A DNA stretch of 30,630 bases, taken from NCBI GenBank assembly GCA_965237525.1, contig CBDEFO010000005.1, positions 1-30,630 on the forward strand, read 5' to 3'. Under the pieces are notes generated by a model, which worked only from the letters and a program-made list of their open reading frames with translations, searched no databases and was not told where the DNA came from. A program made the position numbers and the translations under genes. Of the stretch, positions 27,906-30,630 are shown piece by piece; the first letter of the stretch is position 1; each line of letters opens with the position of its first letter. The DNA is from Candidatus Latescibacterota bacterium. Lineage in GTDB: Bacteria > Latescibacterota > CBDEFO01.

Positions 27906-29424
27906 AAGCCTTGTGAAATAGTTATGTCCCAGGCAGCGTCTGAAGCGCCGATTATGGGTCAAAGAGAAGCATATCGTATCGTTTTGCTGTGGAATAAGCA
28001 AAATAGTCTTATCAGAGTTCTGGTCAGCAAGGAATAGGAGCTGTTTGAAGAACAGGATGCACTGTCTTTGACAGACAGGGCACACATAGACGCTTTCCCC
28101 CTTCTTATGAAAGATACAAGCCTCTTGAGATTCTGTACTGTTGCAACAAGATTCAACTGTTCATTCAGTGAGGCTGGTCCTCTATAACGGGCTCGTCCCA
28201 TACCGTGTTGTTGCCTGGCTTCAGCAAAGATATGTTCACTGCGTTTACGGAGTCTCCGGGAGAGTTTGTAGTCAGCTGTTAATGAGATAGACCGTGCATG
28301 ATTTCTGGCTTTCGCCTCTCGCACTTTTCTATCCCGTTCGGCCTGAATATGTGCTGAATTTGTCTTGTTTTTCCATGTAGGAATCGGTTCAATCTTCTCA
28401 TCGGCTCGCAGAGGAATATGGGGTATGATTCCCCGGTCAAGTACATCAGCGATAAAATTACCAGAACCGTAACCGGTATCGGCACTAAGTGTCTGAATGT
28501 CTTTGGGCATGGTGTATGTTTCAAGGTCATCTACCATCTTAAGGGCACTTTCGGGCTCTGCTGTCCCTGTCGCCTGCGTGCCCTGAGTCTCAAGGATTAC
28601 TCTGCTTTTTGTGTCGATCAGATCATGGCCCATAAACGAGAGAAAAGCCCCTTTGCCCTTCGATTTGCTGTATAAGCGCGCGTCGGGGTCTGTAGTCGAA
28701 CGGTGTGTTTGGTTCGTCCACTTTTCACCATGAAAGTCTTTATCCTGAGGATGCCCGGACCTACCCTTTGTCTTATCACCTTCAAAACCGATTCCCTTGA
28801 GATAATCATCAAGAGAAACAGGGGGTTCTATCGGCTCAATACTTTTCACTGAAGCATCAGCTTGTATCTGAGTGCCGTCGACACTAAGGTGTTTACCGCT
28901 CACAAGACCGACATCTATGCAACACTGGACTACCTGACGCATTATCCGTTCAAACAACCCACTGGATGCCCACTTGTGATTGCGAAGCTTGTTGATCGTG
29001 CTCCTATCCGGAACCGCATCATCAAATGTCTGATGACAAAACAACCGATATGCCGCATGCATCCCCACTTCCTGACAGAGCCGATTCTCACTCAAATTAT
29101 ACAGATAGCCAATAAGGATCATTCGAACAACTAATTCAGGATCAATACCGGGTCTGCCATTGTCAGGGCAATAACAATCTGATACAACGTCTCGTACAAA
29201 TGAAAAATCAACTGCCTCATCAATCTGACGAAGGATATGATCCTCGGGAACTAAATCCTCCATCTGAAAATAGTGAAACATCGGATTTGTCTGTTCCTGC
29301 TCTTGTGGGGTCATTGTTTCCTCCATGTATAATATTATCAATAACATAATATAATACATCGGAGCTGCTTTATCAATGCTTGTTCTATACTACTTTCTGA
29401 ATCTAAGGGTTTTTCACAAGGCTT
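27906..29424 (-). mobile_element. IS1182-family insertion sequence (about 1.5 kb) between gyrB and gyrA
   Basis: TTAAAAGCCTTGTGAAA (27902-27918) and TTTCACAAGGCTTTTAA (29412-29428) are perfect inverted repeats. The outer TTAA is the likely 4-bp target duplication, so exact ends are ambiguous by a few bp. Confidence 0.9.
27959..29314 (-). CDS. IS1182-family DDE transposase
   Basis: Motifs LVPEDHILRQID..VDF, GRPGIDPE, VDGTQIQADAS, STTDPDARL, ADTGY and RKRSEHIFAE...RARYRG. ATG 29314 after GGAGG. Confidence 0.93.
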   Translation of the reverse strand: MTPQEQEQTNPMFHYFQMEDLVPEDHILRQIDEAVDFSFVRDVVSDCYCPDNGRPGIDPELVVRMILIGYLYNLSENRLCQEVGMHAAYRLFCHQTFDDAVPDRSTINKLRNHKWASSGLFERIMRQVVQCCIDVGLVSGKHLSVDGTQIQADASVKSIEPIEPPVSLDDYLKGIGFEGDKTKGRSGHPQDKDFHGEKWTNQTHRSTTDPDARLYSKSKGKGAFLSFMGHDLIDTKSRVILETQGTQATGTAEPESALKMVDDLETYTMPKDIQTLSADTGYGSGNFIADVLDRGIIPHIPLRADEKIEPIPTWKNKTNSAHIQAERDRKVREAKARNHARSISLTADYKLSRRLRKRSEHIFAEARQQHGMGRARYRGPASLNEQLNLVATVQNLKRLVSFIRRGKASMCALSVKDSASCSSNSSYSLLTRTLIRLFCLFHSKTIRYASL

Positions 29425-29428
29425 TTAA

Positions 29429-29453
29429 GTAGGGCGACCCCGTGTGTTCGCCC
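29429..29453 (+). repeat. GTAG-type REP abutting the IS end
   Basis: GTAGGGCGACCCCGTGTGTTCGCCC starts immediately after the TTAA at 29425-29428. Confidence 0.72.
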
Positions 29454-29485
29454 AAGAGCATCCTCCAATCCTGGTCTACTGCTCT

Positions 29486-30630
<1,145 letters not shown>

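Overview
This is a 30.6-kb bacterial chromosomal window with two housekeeping blocks. One is a PyrR-attenuated pyrR-pyrB-pyrC-carA operon with an RmlC-like cupin coupled to carA. The other is gyrB-[IS1182-family element]-gyrA-ccdA-tlpA. Accessory genes lie between and around them: a frameshifted glycoside-hydrolase-like gene, a secreted alkaline phosphatase with IPT/TIG and dockerin-like domains, creatininase, PhyH dioxygenase, dual-specificity phosphatase, DapA-like aldolase, GNAT, a Phd/RelE toxin-antitoxin pair, a Tag-like glycosylase and a VOC protein. The best candidate for an uncharacterised system is a 1474-aa fusion (signal peptide, ligand-substituted M28 peptidase-like domain, MacB/FtsX permease) co-oriented with a 650-aa DUF6785/DUF6784-type polytopic membrane protein. 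An unannotated, decayed second copy of that membrane gene lies between them. The intergenic DNA holds several small repeat families: GTAG-REPs, a REPIN pair, a MITE-like element, and a 21-bp hairpin unit that nests inside other repeats, nests in itself and has frameshifted a hicB gene. pyrR appears to start at a non-canonical CTG. All family calls come from motif recognition by eye; no database searches were run.
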